A DNA stretch of 63,643 nucleotides, counting the filler, from Octopus bimaculoides (lineage: Eukaryota), in NCBI RefSeq assembly GCF_001194135.2. It is 5 parts of 5 records of this genome, joined end to end, with 100 filler letters (N's around TTAATTAATTAA, not from the genome) between each part and the next. Parts side by side here need not be neighbours in the genome. Positions count along the whole stretch, not along the records: positions 26,353 to 56,891 come from NC_068990.1; 4 more parts are not named here. One strand, given 5' to 3'. Within the stretch, counting starts at the first letter, position 1, and every line of letters begins with the position of its first letter. Both the position numbers and the translations under genes were made by a program. Shown here in pieces: positions 26,610 through 38,917 of this stretch. The notes below the pieces were generated by a model. That model saw only the letters and a list, made by a program, of their open reading frames with translations. It did not search any database and was not told the DNA's origin.

Positions 26610-26910
26610 CTTTCTACTACAAACATAAGGTTGAAATTTTAGGGAAAAAGGCTACATTGACCCCGAAAAGATGAAAAGCAAAGTCGATCACAGTGACATT
26701 TGAACTCAGTCCATAAAGCCGGATGAAATGCCGTAAAGACTTTTTGTCCAGTGAGCTAACAATTCTACCAGCTCTCCACGTAATAATAAACATTTCTACT
26801 ATAGGCACAAGGCCTGAAATTTTGCGGGAGGGAATTAGTCGATTACATAGACCCCAGCGTTTCACTTCGAAAGGATGAATGGCAAAGTCGACCCCGCCGG
26901 CGTCACCACC

Positions 26911-26959
<49 letters not shown>

Positions 26960-27458
26960 CCTTTCTACTATAGGCAAAAGGCCTGAAATTTTGGGGTGCA
27001 TAGGTGGTACTTATTTTATCGAACCCGAATGGATGAAAGGCAAAGTCGACTTCGGCGGAACTTGAACTCAGAACGCAGCAACGGGAGAAATACCGCTAAG
27101 CATTTCGACTGGCGTGCTGACGATTCTATTATCTTGCCGCCTTAACAATAATAATAATAATAATAATAATGAGAAGAAGAAGAAGAAGAAATTCTTCTAA
27201 TGCAGGTAAAGAACTGAAACTGACTGGGTGCGTTAGTCACTACCATTGATCTCATTATTTGAATGGTACTTCAATTTATCGAAGGACTGAAAGGCAATAT
27301 TGATCACATTGGGAATTGAACTCAGAGTACAAAGCACCGGAATAAACACCACAAGGCATATTTTATAACGCTTTGATGAGTCTGCTAATTCGCCGCTCTA
27401 TTTATAGTGATGCGATGGTGATGGTGATGCGATGGTGATGGTGATGTGATGGTGATGC

Positions 27459-27501
<43 letters not shown>

Positions 27502-27543
27502 CTGCTGCTGGTGGTGGTGGTAATGGTGGTGGTGATGATGATC

Positions 27544-27580
<37 letters not shown>

Positions 27581-27695
27581 GAAATTTGAGAACAGAGTAT
27601 GGTCGATTATATGAGTCCTAATATTTGATCAGTGCATTATGTTATCAACTCCGATAGGATGAAAGGTAAAATCAACTTTGGCGCAATTTGAAATT
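26610..27695 (-). mobile_element. Cluster of five same-orientation family B SINE copies or fragments separated by (AAT)n and (GAT/GGT)n
   Basis: The motif gatgaa.ggcaaagtcgac...tgaactcag and variants recur at about 26670, 26870, 27030, 27290 and 27655. Confidence 0.75.
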
Positions 27696-28012
27696 TAACT
27701 TTGGAAACAACAGCAATGTGAAGACATCTTGAAGTCGATGTATAACTTGGAATAAACTCAGATCCCTTCTGTAGTGTCAACTACAATTTATCTCTAAACA
27801 TATCTCACAAGAGCATGAATGTGCTCGAGAAAAGAATCAGTTGTAGAGGTTCCCCTATTGTAGATATTGCAATATTGCAGGAATAAATAGGGGGAGAAAT
27901 ATCTACCATTACTGATATTTATATATTCCATAGTTTTGTTGTGTGTTGCAATACCTAAATGGCTATGAATGTGTGTGCGCAGTGTGTCCATGATATATAT
28001 ATATATATATAT

Positions 28013-28223
28013 GGGAGAATTCACGAAAAAAAAGACAAGACAGGTGGTGTAAACAACAAATCGATGTATTAGTATAACGCTTGGGCATAGAGAAAGTCTT
28101 CAATGTTTCGGGCCTACGCTCTTCAACAGAAAGGAACACAGAAAGAAATAAGGAGAGAAACAATGAGAGAAAAAAATAAAAGAGAGAAAAATATGTGTAG
28201 TGGTCAGCGATCTATCATGACGG
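28013..28223 (-). repeat. Short non-coding repeat containing an HHR-like motif
   Basis: Homologous to 20370-20470; carries the motif at 28098-28133. Confidence 0.7.
28098..28133 (-). ncRNA. Variant hammerhead-like motif with CUGUUGA core
   Basis: cuuu-CUGUUGA-a-GAGC guag GCCC-GAAA-CAU-U-gaag. Stem I is cuuu/gaag; stems II and III each have one mismatch. Confidence 0.45.
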
Positions 28224-28310
28224 AAAATATATTCATATATGTATGTGTGCGTGTATAAATGCGCATTTATATATATGCATACATACATACATACATACAT
28301 ACATACATGT

Positions 28311-28401
<91 letters not shown>

Positions 28402-28403
28402 CG

Positions 28404-28777
28404 TGGCACCCCCTTGGTTACGACGACGAGGGTTCCAGTTGATCCGATCAACGGAACAGCCTGCTCGTGAAATTAACATGCAAGTGGCTGAGCACTCCAC
28501 AGATACGTGTACCCTTAACGTACTTCTCGGGAGAGATTCAGCGTGACACAGAGTGTGAAAAAAATGGCCCTTTGAAATACAGGTACAACAGAAACAGTGA
28601 GAGAAACATATGGTGAAAGAGTACAGCAGGGTTTGCCACCCACCCACCTCTGTCGGAGCCTCGTGCAGCTTTAAGTGTTTTCGCTCAATAAACACTTACA
28701 TCGCCTGGTCTGGGAATCGAAACTGCGATCCTACGACCACGAGTTCGCTGCCTTAACCACTGGGCAATTGCGCCTCC
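28404..28777 (-). mobile_element. OR1-like SINE, full length
   Basis: Homologous over its length to 22464-22819. Confidence 0.8.
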
Positions 28778-29455
28778 ACTCATACAGACACAGACACAGA
28801 CACACACACACACACACACATACACACACACGCACACATATTTTTTCATACAAAAAAGAACAGACGCTTATCCACTCATACACTCATGCACTCCGTACAC
28901 ACACACTTATATACACACACAATAATGCATTTACACTCATAACTGTACATAAGTATTTATGATATTCATGAACTTATGTATTTTAGAATACACACACACA
29001 CACTCACACATACACACACACGCACACGTTTCATACATATATATTTGTGTGTGTCTACGTGTGTGCATATGTGTACACCTATATATAAGAATATTTATAA
29101 GAGAAAAAGAGACGAGAGAGAAAGAGAGTAAACTTCTTATTAATCTGACATTTTTTCACTGCGATGAAATTGGTTTCAAAAGTTCAAGCTAATACTAATC
29201 CTTTTATAATCCTTCCATAATCCTTTATCAGGATAACGACAAAATACATTCCTTTGATTATCAATATTAATCTTTAGTCTAGTCATAAAGAAATTAAAAT
29301 CTTGTTCAAATGATTCTTTTATGAGGCAATGTTTCTTCTGCGTTTCTGGATGAATGCTAAGGTGGTGCTACAAAAACTGTTGAACGCTCTTATTTCTGTA
29401 AATGTTACAGACGTATTCATTGCAAAATATCTTTGTAACTATATACAGCATGCTA

Positions 29456-29494
<39 letters not shown>

Positions 29495-29495
<1 letters not shown>

Positions 29496-30231
29496 GAGAC
29501 AGCTGATGAAGGAATATTCCAAGTGGCTTTCCGTTTTCCTATGTGTTCGTTCCGTTGTCTGTAGTTCATTGTTCTAACGTCCTGTACACTGATATGCATA
29601 TATATACACATGTAGATGTAAGTATGTACATATATGTGTGTATACATGTATATATATTCTTTGTATTATATATATATATATATATATATAAATGATACTC
29701 TGTCACTCTCTCTCCTTCACTCCTGCTCCCTTGCTCGCGTGGCTCCAAGTGACCATCGGTCATCTTTCTTTCTTTCCGTTGTAGCTGGAGGAAGGAAGAC
29801 GGGTTCTTATCTGTCTCCTGTCCAAGGTTGATTTACGCGTTCGCCACCACAACCGCGTTTAGACTTAGAAGCCCTTCCTGTCTGTTTTCACTGTCCTGTT
29901 TGTTACCAATTTTGACCCTACGCAAAATCTCAAATTTTATTTAGTTTGATTTGCGGGAGCAACTGTTTTATCGAAAGCGTATATAGTTGTTAAATGCTCG
30001 AAATACGAGACTAGGCAAACAGCCAACAACTGATGAAGAGTCGTTCTTTATATTGTTTGTTTTGTTTTCCATTTATGTCTTTCGTTGTTCGAAAGAATAG
30101 TTAATATTCCATGAACTCGTACTTCGTATTTTTTGTTGTACACGTTTCGTGACGTCCTGTGCCACTTATGCATATATATATATACGTATAGATGTAAGCA
30201 TGTACATATACATATGTATATATGCATATAT
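29495..30231 (+). repeat. Family R, about 1.4 tandem units with ~527-nt period
   Basis: CTGATGAag at 29503 and 30030, each followed by ...acgtcctgt...tatgcatatatatac..tagatgtaag.atgtacatata. GAAA at 30000-30003. Confidence 0.7.
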
Positions 30232-30586
30232 NNNNNNNNNNNNNNNNNNNNNNNNNNNNNNNNNNNNNNNNNNNNNNNNNNNNNNNNNNAAAATATGGAA
30301 CACATACGACGTTTCCAAAGTTTGTTTCCAAAATGTTGTCGCATTCCAAAAGCTATTGGTTTTAACGTTTAATTTGACGATGGTTGTTGTCAGCCTACCG
30401 TTTAGCTTAATGGTAGGGTACTCGACTATTATCTGAGGGACACGGGTTCGTGGCCCTCTACTGATAACATTTTCAGTATTATGAGGGTAAAATACCAAAT
30501 CTTTCTGCTGCTATACTGTGTTCGAAATTTATTTTCTCGTCGTTAAATTACGAAACACACACGACGTTTCTAAATTTTGTTATATA

Positions 30587-30621
<35 letters not shown>

Positions 30622-30642
30622 ATATATATATATATATATATA

Positions 30643-31760
30643 CAGGGGCCTCAATTGTTTGAGGTCATTTGTATGAATTAAAAAGAGGCATTGCTCATCA
30701 AAGGAAAGGTGTATTTTAAAACAAATTGGTACAGACAATCTTGAGGATTCTCTTATTATACCTGTTTAAGGAATCTACTGTTTGCATCAATCGCTGCTTC
30801 AATCTGGAATCGGAATCGTTGACATGCCCCAATCCGATAATCTTAATCTATTTTTGACATAGTGTTGGTTATGGATGACTTGAGACATTGTATGGTGTCA
30901 TGGAAGTGTTAACTGACCTCTCTCTCGACTGCGGTCCATATGTAATAGTTCAGTGGATGGAGGTCCGGTTACCTAGGAAGCCATGTGTCCTGGAGAACAT
31001 GATCATAGAGATTGGCATGCATCTACGCTTGGGTTGTCCTAGACATGTGAAACGGAGCAGAGTCTTGTTGGGGGACGGACGGGCTTCTGTTGCGTACTCT
31101 GTCTATACAGCGCGGCACAAATTTCTCCTACACCTGTGTAGACAGGGGCATTGACACTTAAGCCCTGTGAAACAAAGTGAAGAGGCATGACATCTCCCTC
31201 GTTTCTGACGACTCCGAAAAACCATCACAGCTACCGAGAACTTAGTATGCATAACCGTTGGAACTTCATTTATATCATCGGTCGTTCGTTCAGTTTACCT
31301 TTTGGTCCTCATTAGAAAAAAAACCACGACATTCCAAACACTTGATGTTTTAACTTGTTTAGCAGGCACTTTGCACGGACCAAACAATCCTCTCTTGTCA
31401 CATCCAGCATAAACTATCCCCTTCACATCACATGCGACTTGTACTGAATATCCCCGCGCACGATTCTTCTGAGGGTGCATTATGAAGTCTTGAGATTCTT
31501 TGCAATTTCACTGATTGTCTTAACGAGGCTTTTATCGATTAAATCTTGAACCTTTTCTACAAAGTTCTGCGCTCTGATGGTATAACGATACCGTGCATAG
31601 GTTTTGCGTTTAGCTGCTGATGTTGTGTCCCCGTCAATATCTTCCAGCCCCTTTCGAATTTTAGCTACGAAGGATCAGGGAGCGAGCCCTCACTGTATCA
31701 ATATACTGCGCTTTTAAGTTAACGTTTACAATATGCCTTTTCATTTGTTCAGTCAACCTA
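30643..31760 (-). mobile_element. Decayed maT/DD37D-type Tc1/mariner transposon
   Basis: TA followed by terminus caggggcc. Minus-strand peptides QQDSAPVH, PDLHPLNYYIWTAVERE and ACQRFRFQIEAAIDAN. Confidence 0.75.
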
Positions 31761-32258
31761 ATATCTGACTTCGTTTATCTGGACAAAAATAAGTCAGCTA
31801 AAAGTAAAAGCACTCAAAAAACTGATACACGCTGCGTGTTCTGTTAACTGCAACCATGCTGGGGCATCACCTTGAACGGTTTAGTCTTACCAATTGACCG
31901 TAGTACATTTTTAAAGTTTGCTACTTATTCTATTAATCTCGTGGAACTGTTGAATTACAGAAACGTAAACAAAACAACACGGGATGGTGGGGAGACAAAT
32001 GCAATGACATACACACACATACACACACATACAAACATATATATATATATACACACACATACAAACATATATATATGTATATATATATATATATATANNN
32101 NNNNNNNNNNNNNNNNNNNNNNNNNNNNNNNNNNNNNNNNNNNNNNNNNNNNNNNNNNNNNNNNNNNNNNNNNNNNNNNNNNNNNNNNNNNNNNNNNNNN
32201 NNNNNNNNNNNNNNNNNNNNNNNNNNNNNNNNNNNNTATATATATATATATATATATA

Positions 32259-32450
32259 TGAGGGACGACCGAAAAGTGTATAAGGGGACCAAGAACCTCC
32301 CATGAAATGTGATCAAATGAGGTTTATTTCTCAGCATAGCACCCCACACCATCCTTGCAGTTCACACACTTTCCCCACCAATCTTCTAGTGCTTCGATGC
32401 CATTGCTAAAGAAGTTTTCATCTTATTGGTCAAAAAAATCCCTACAATCA
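32259..32450 (-). mobile_element. Mariner 3' end fragment
   Basis: TIR-like tatgagggacgaccgaaaagt; minus peptide ENFFSNGIEALEDWWGKCV. Confidence 0.65.
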
Positions 32451-33669
32451 TACTCAAACACAAACAGGTATAGCCACACACAACCAAACATACAAACAAT
32501 CCAATTCACATTCATTCATTCACATACACTATCGTACTCATACTCACGATCACACACACGCACACACACACTCGTGAGCGCACACACATACACATACACA
32601 TACGCACACATTCAAATACACACACAGTCATACTGACAAACGCGAGGATACATTGACTCATTAGTTCGAGAAAATAGAGAAAAATAAAGTCTAAAGCAAA
32701 CAGGTAAATGCACATGTGCACCTGTATAGTTATACACACGCACACACAAACACACATATAATTACAAGCAATCATATACACAATATAAGAACTAAAAAAT
32801 ATATAGATTAAACAAGCCAAGAGTAAGATAATGTTTAGTTTATTTCAAGTGCAATGTTCATTGTCTTACTTATAAAACTGTGATGATATAATATTTCAGA
32901 AGTAAGTTTAATTAAACACGAATTACTATGTATTAAGAAAGGAGAAGCGTTAGCGTAAAAAGACGGTTGTTGTGGTGTTAATGGTGGTGGTAGTGGTGGT
33001 GGTGGTGAAGCTGCATTTTGTTTATTGAATGCAGGTGGACAAACCTGTTGGATGGATTGAGAAAAGTGTGCACACACGAACACATACACATACTCACACA
33101 AGCGCACTTATTAAGATACACACTCACGTATCCACCACGGGCGTGCGTGCACAGACAGAGGCGAATATAAACATTGACCTGAGAAAGTTGTTTTTTTTTC
33201 TTATCAATTTAAAACTAGGTATTCCCAATGTAGTAAGTAAGTCCCCGTTGCCCATATTACGAATATTGTGCATGGGAAAGGCAAAAACTATTACAAATGT
33301 GCTCCAGTGTCGTCGCGGGCGAACATAGAAAGGATGCAAGAAATTTCGCCAGACGTGCTAACAGGTCGTAAATTTTGTGTAGAAGAGAAATCACACAGTT
33401 AGCTTCGATTCATATTTGTCAAAGATGATGTAAAAGTGGTTTCGTCTGCGTAAGATAATTTTAATGACATTTTATCAATATTTTGTTACACCCATTGTTA
33501 ATGAGCATATTTTTCCAGTAGTTTAAAGATTAACGAATATTGTAGCTACATATGATGTGGTATGTCGTTGGCAAGGAGGATTAAATTACGTAATTTTCTG
33601 CTTTTCTAGATTTGCTGTTTCTATGAGAGTGGAATGTCATCTTCTAATATATCTAATTTTATCAGTAAA

Positions 33670-33796
33670 CCCGCCATGTTGTAATGTAGTATAATGCTCA
33701 GAGACATCGTGTATATTTATCTGAAATTATTATTGTTACTTCCGGTCCAGATGTCGTATACTAATGCATTAGCTGAAAGCTGACAGCCGCCATTTT
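33670..33796. promoter_or_regulatory. Candidate housekeeping-type promoter with two YY1 consensus sites and an ETS site
   Basis: CCGCCATGTT (33671-33680), ACTTCCGGT (33738-33746) and GCCGCCATTTT (33786-33796) clustered in repeat-free DNA. Confidence 0.45.
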
Positions 33797-36699
33797 CTAT
33801 AAATGTGGTCACGTTCACACTCGTAATCTCGAATACTGAAGTTTAATATTTGAGACAAATAAAACGATTTGATTCTAGGCTACTGTTTTTCGTTACAATT
33901 TGAAAAGCAATTTTCACAATTTTTACCAGAAAAATACTCTGGACGTGTCTCTTTACAGTGAAATACAACACAGCAGTAACAGTTTTGCAAAAAAAAATTT
34001 TCAACCACATCGATTTGCTGGTATTTCATTAGATCAGAGTACAGTGTGAACACATTTTAAATTTCCTTTCTAAATTTTCTTACTGTATTACCTGCACAAG
34101 AAAGACTCAGCTCACTATCCTCATATCATGTCACTTCAATCTTAAGCCATACCAATGAGTGCAAGGACTTCAACACTGCAAAGTGTTCTCTACAGCCCTC
34201 CATTCACGTTATTCGAAAACGACTGAAAACAATGTTTTGCAGTCAAGAAACTAGTATTAAATCTAATGTCCAAATTTTAGGCTGTAACTCTTTCATTTAT
34301 ATAAGGAGGAAAGTATTAGAGACTCATTATTTTCAAGATCTCATCTGACCATATTGCACAAAGATACTCAGAGAACTCTTCGTCGAATTAGGAACTGGCT
34401 ATCACTCATGCTTATTCTCTAGAAGTTCTTCAGAGAAATGCACAGACTTACCAAGAATCTTTTCTCAATGCTTCATATGAAATTGTATGATGTGGTAAAA
34501 TTTAAAATTATTCTTTATTTTTGCAGGATTCTAATTTTTTACGGAAATATGAAGTGGTTGAAAGAAAGGTTTTGTGGGACCCAGAGTGATTGAACCCAAC
34601 CAGCTGTAGCTAATGATGTTCCAGCTCTAGAAAATCAGAATCCTGTACAAGAATTCTCGATGTTGTCTAGGGAACGGTCATTCGGAACTGAGCAGATACA
34701 TGGCTACAAGCGTTTTCTCGGACATTGCATAGCTATGACTATATGTTCCGATATGTATCCCATACTACGAGCGTATTTTGAAAGAACATAATTTGTCTGC
34801 ATTTTCTAGCATGTCGAATGGTCGCGTTGACTCGTTTTTAACAAGAGCAGTAATGAGGGTTTTGATTCTATTCCTAATCAATATGTTTCCATTAATCAGC
34901 AAGGCCAATGACATAAGTATCTTTCCAGCAATCGATAGTTCAAGAAAAAATGAAGACATGTAACAAGATCCTGATACAACAGAGAATGGTCATTAAAATA
35001 GCATCAAATTTAATGTAATATCAGATCTAATATCAAGTTGGGATTTAATAAATTTCAAATTCTTGACTGTTAAACTTAAATTATCCCAATACAAAATAGA
35101 TAGATAAATAAATAGAAATAAAACAGACATTGCAAATGTAGTGGCAGTAACCCTTTGCATCTGATGTACCTTTAAATATGACATCTAAGTAATGTGACTC
35201 CTATCACAGACCTGGGACGTTCAAAGCCTTATTAGTGAAATTTGGCTGACGGAAACATGTCGGAAGGACCTTTGTTTTATAGTTTAATAGACTTAATTTA
35301 ATCCATTGCCCAGTTCAATATTACCACTTGATTTTTAGATGCCCCACTTTGTACCATGCATTGAAGCAAGGGTCTTTGGTTTTATGATAAAAATCCCCCT
35401 TCCTCTCATCAGTCTTTGAAACAACGAAAAATACTATTGGAGCTACCATTTCCTCTTATAGTATGTAGTTACCTCTTCCACAACATTCTAACCAAAACAC
35501 CGTTGGTTTTTCCTTTCCTTTTTTTTTTTTTGTCATCTGTTGTGAGTTTCAGTCACCAAACCTAGTATTGAACATTTCTCCTGACGATCCCACCATTAGA
35601 ATTTCTCCTCGTGTCAATATTGACTTATTATTGTGAACAGATGTGGATATTCTAACACAGTATCATCAGTATCAATGTTACCAGTCTAACTTGACCTGCG
35701 AAGGGCCAATACCTTTCTTCCTACTCCTTTGTCTTACTACACTGTATCTGCTCTAGCCAGAGGTCATGAGTCTACCTAAATATAAATAAAATACAAAAGA
35801 TTAAATCTCTAGAACAAAGCAGTAACTCTCGTAAATAACTTTACCAGCGGCATAATAACACCCTCCTAAACTCCAAATTAATATACCATATAACACTGTA
35901 ATTGGTAGAATCTGCTTTGATCAACTTCTTCATTATAGATAACATTGGTGTTCAAGGAATTTTATCTAATGAAATAATTAGCATTTAATGATTATTATCA
36001 AGTTAAATAGACCACTTTTAAACCAACACAACATACTAACATTAACGGATTACATTTAGTTTAGATTAAAGTCATGAACAATGTTCTTCAAGAAGTTCTC
36101 CAAGGCCCTGTTTCTGTACTTAAATGATCCGGGGGAAAAGGCTGCAAACAGTAAAACTAAAATTGTTACTGACAATTGAAATCCCTCTTCTCCCAAACAG
36201 TGTGAAGCAGATCATTTCCTAATCCAGTTTGATATGAAATTTGAACACAACATGAAGGCATATGAGTGAAATAAAACTACTCCTGTTTAGTAGATGAGGG
36301 TAAAACTTAAACAACTTTTGATTTTTCTACAGCACATTCTGTAGATTATTAGATGGCATCGAAAATAAAAGTGTTATTGCACTTAAAAATCTAGACAGGT
36401 GCAGGCATGGGTTCAGTCACACTACGCGGCACTTTTGACCAGGTATGTTTCTTTTACAATTGTACCCGAGCTGAATAATACCTTGTGAAGAAGCCCGTAG
36501 TATATATATATNNNNNNNNNNNNNNNNNNNNNNNNNNNNNNNNNNNNNNNNNNNNNNNNNNNNNNNNNNNNNNNNNNNNNNNNNNNNNNNNNNNNNNNNN
36601 NNNNNNNNNNNNNNNNNNNNNNNNNNNNNNNNNNNNNNNNNNNNNNNNNNNNATATATATATATTTATTTATTTATATATATATACAAAGAAAACTTAA

Positions 36700-37728
36700 A
36701 AAGTAACTAGTAGTGACTTCGTTTGAAAATGGGCAAAATTTGGCATCGTCGTGTTATCAAGCACCGACAGAAAAAGGGATTAGCCCCCAAAGCCATTCAT
36801 GCTGGTATAGCTGCTAGATTATGGGATTACGCTCCAGCTTTATCAACAGTACAAAAGTGAGCAGTTGAACTTAGGAGGGGAAGAAAGAGTCTTGAAGATG
36901 ACCTGAGGTCTGGACGTCCTGCAACTGCCACCACCGAGGAAAACATTGTGTTCACCACATGGTATTAGTGGCAGAGTTAAGAGTATTCTGCGGGATTAAT
37001 TTGGCATGACAAAGGTATTTCTTTAGTGAGTGCTACGTCTTCCGACACCTGGTCAAGAAGCGCACCAGGCTGATCACAACACGGGCGGAAATCTGATATT
37101 GTTTCAGGCAGATCAAGCTGGTTTCCTCGAACGCTTCCTAACCTATTGTGAATGTTGGGTTGATCACTTTGAGCCGGAGACAGCCAGAAAGACTATCCGG
37201 TGAAAACACCCCTGCTCTACAGAAGACTAAGGTCGTTTTATCTGCACGGAAGGTGATGGTCTCTTCAAAAGGGTCACACCAACAACGGAGAATCATATAA
37301 CTTGTAACTGAGACAGTTACAAAAGACTATCAAGACCAAACGACCAGAAAAAACTACGGAAAGGGGTATTATTTCATCAGGACAATGCAGCATCACACAA
37401 GTCCTTGGTTTCAATGTCTGCTGTGTGAATGTGGCTTTGAACTGGTTGGTCAGCCCCCCTATTCTCCTGATTTGGCCCCGTCTGACTATCACTTGTTACC
37501 CAACAACAACAAAAAATACTTGGGAACAAGCCTCTTTGTGATGATGACGTCTTATCTGTTGTTGAAGACTTCTTCGACAGACAGGATGAAAGTTTCTTCA
37601 CCAATGGGACCGATGCACTGCAACACAGATGGAAGAAGAGTGTGAACTACAAGTTGAGAAGTAAAGCTTGTTTGATCACATGCCATGAGAGTACCTTGGT
37701 CAGCCTACACACTTCTCAGCCGGCTCTC

Positions 37729-37730
<2 letters not shown>
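36700..37730 (+). mobile_element. Decayed mariner transposon (irritans-like), 5' TIR missing
   Basis: Peptides SLEDDLRSGRPATATTEENI, HQDNAASH and PPYSPDLAPSDYHL. 3' terminus cttctcagccggctctcg next to (TA)n. Confidence 0.85.
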
Positions 37731-37769
<39 letters not shown>

Positions 37770-37776
<7 letters not shown>

Positions 37777-38150
37777 ATCTTCTTCCCCACTATTCCAGGA
37801 AGGGTCGTGGTGGTAGAGTACCCAGGCACGTCCTCTATTGGGCTATGAGAAGCAAACTTCTCTACACTTTCCTGGTGGGTTGCCACGCTGCACCAATTGA
37901 GACCATGGATGTTATCCAACTATCTCGTTCTTCATTTACCCCGAGGTATTCTACCTGCTGGCTCGGCTTGGAGAATCCAACTTCAGATTTTTTTCCTGCG
38001 ACATTCTCAATCATATGGCCGTAGTACAAGAGTTGTGATCTTTCAATATCGAGAAGTAACGGCTCGACCGGGAAAGAGCTCTGATCTCTAAGCTACGCAT
38101 CTTGTCGAACAACGTTCCTTTTGAGATTTTCCGAATGAGCTCTATTTTAG
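37770..38150 (-). mobile_element. 3' end of an RTE-type LINE
   Basis: Minus peptides VEPLLLDIERSQLLYYGHMI and ILQAEPAGRIPRG...LDNIHGLNW. Confidence 0.7.
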
Positions 38151-38525
38151 CCACTTGTTTTCGCCATTTTACTCTTTAAGTCAGGACCCAACACTCATTA
38201 CTGTATGTATGTATGTATGTATGTATGTATGTATTACATACACGCATGCTCACGCACACACGCATATAGTGGGAGCACCTCTTCGACATAAATGGACCGC
38301 GGTAGAATTGGAAGATGCCGAAACGAGAGCAAAGCAGATAATTGCAACTGTTCTTAACTGTGTCACACTGATCGTGTGATCTCTGACGAGCGTAGAAATC
38401 GGAGTAGGAACAGTGTTAGACTGTCGCAGGCACGCATGGACCCACAACACAACAACGACATCAGATACTTTTAAATGTCTACTATTTGTTTAGTTTTTTT
38501 TTGTTGTTTTTTTTGTGTGAAACAG

Positions 38526-38701
38526 ATTGTTGTCAATCAAGTGTGCACAAACCTGCAGTCAACTGTCAAATACTTCCGGCGACCCAACATTTTTGGGATA
38601 ACGAGATACCTCACAATCATCATGCTTTACATTGGAATATCTTTCTTCAAGACATATGTTATGACAAGAACTGGATGTGCAGAATACGCTTATTCACCAT
38701 C
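38526..38701 (+). CDS. Candidate internal coding exon (176 nt), product unknown
   Basis: U-rich tract plus ACAG acceptor and ATC|GTGAGT donor. Non-repetitive; two frames are open across it. Confidence 0.4.
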
Positions 38702-38857
38702 GTGAGTTTTTCTTTGCACACACGTGTGCATATAAATACATACGTATATATTTATATATAAATTCATGTATATATATATATACATATGCATATACATATA
38801 CATGCATACATATATATGTGTGTGTGTGTACTTATATATGTATATACCTATATAAGC

Positions 38858-38917
<60 letters not shown>

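Noticed and set aside
34527-34990. Possible plus-strand exon after ttctttattttttgcag
   Set aside because: All frames are interrupted by stops and there is no recognisable homology. It could be a UTR, but this is unsupported.
35713-35775. 63-nt minus-strand segment with good splice sites
   Set aside because: Stop codons in all three frames, and no other evidence.
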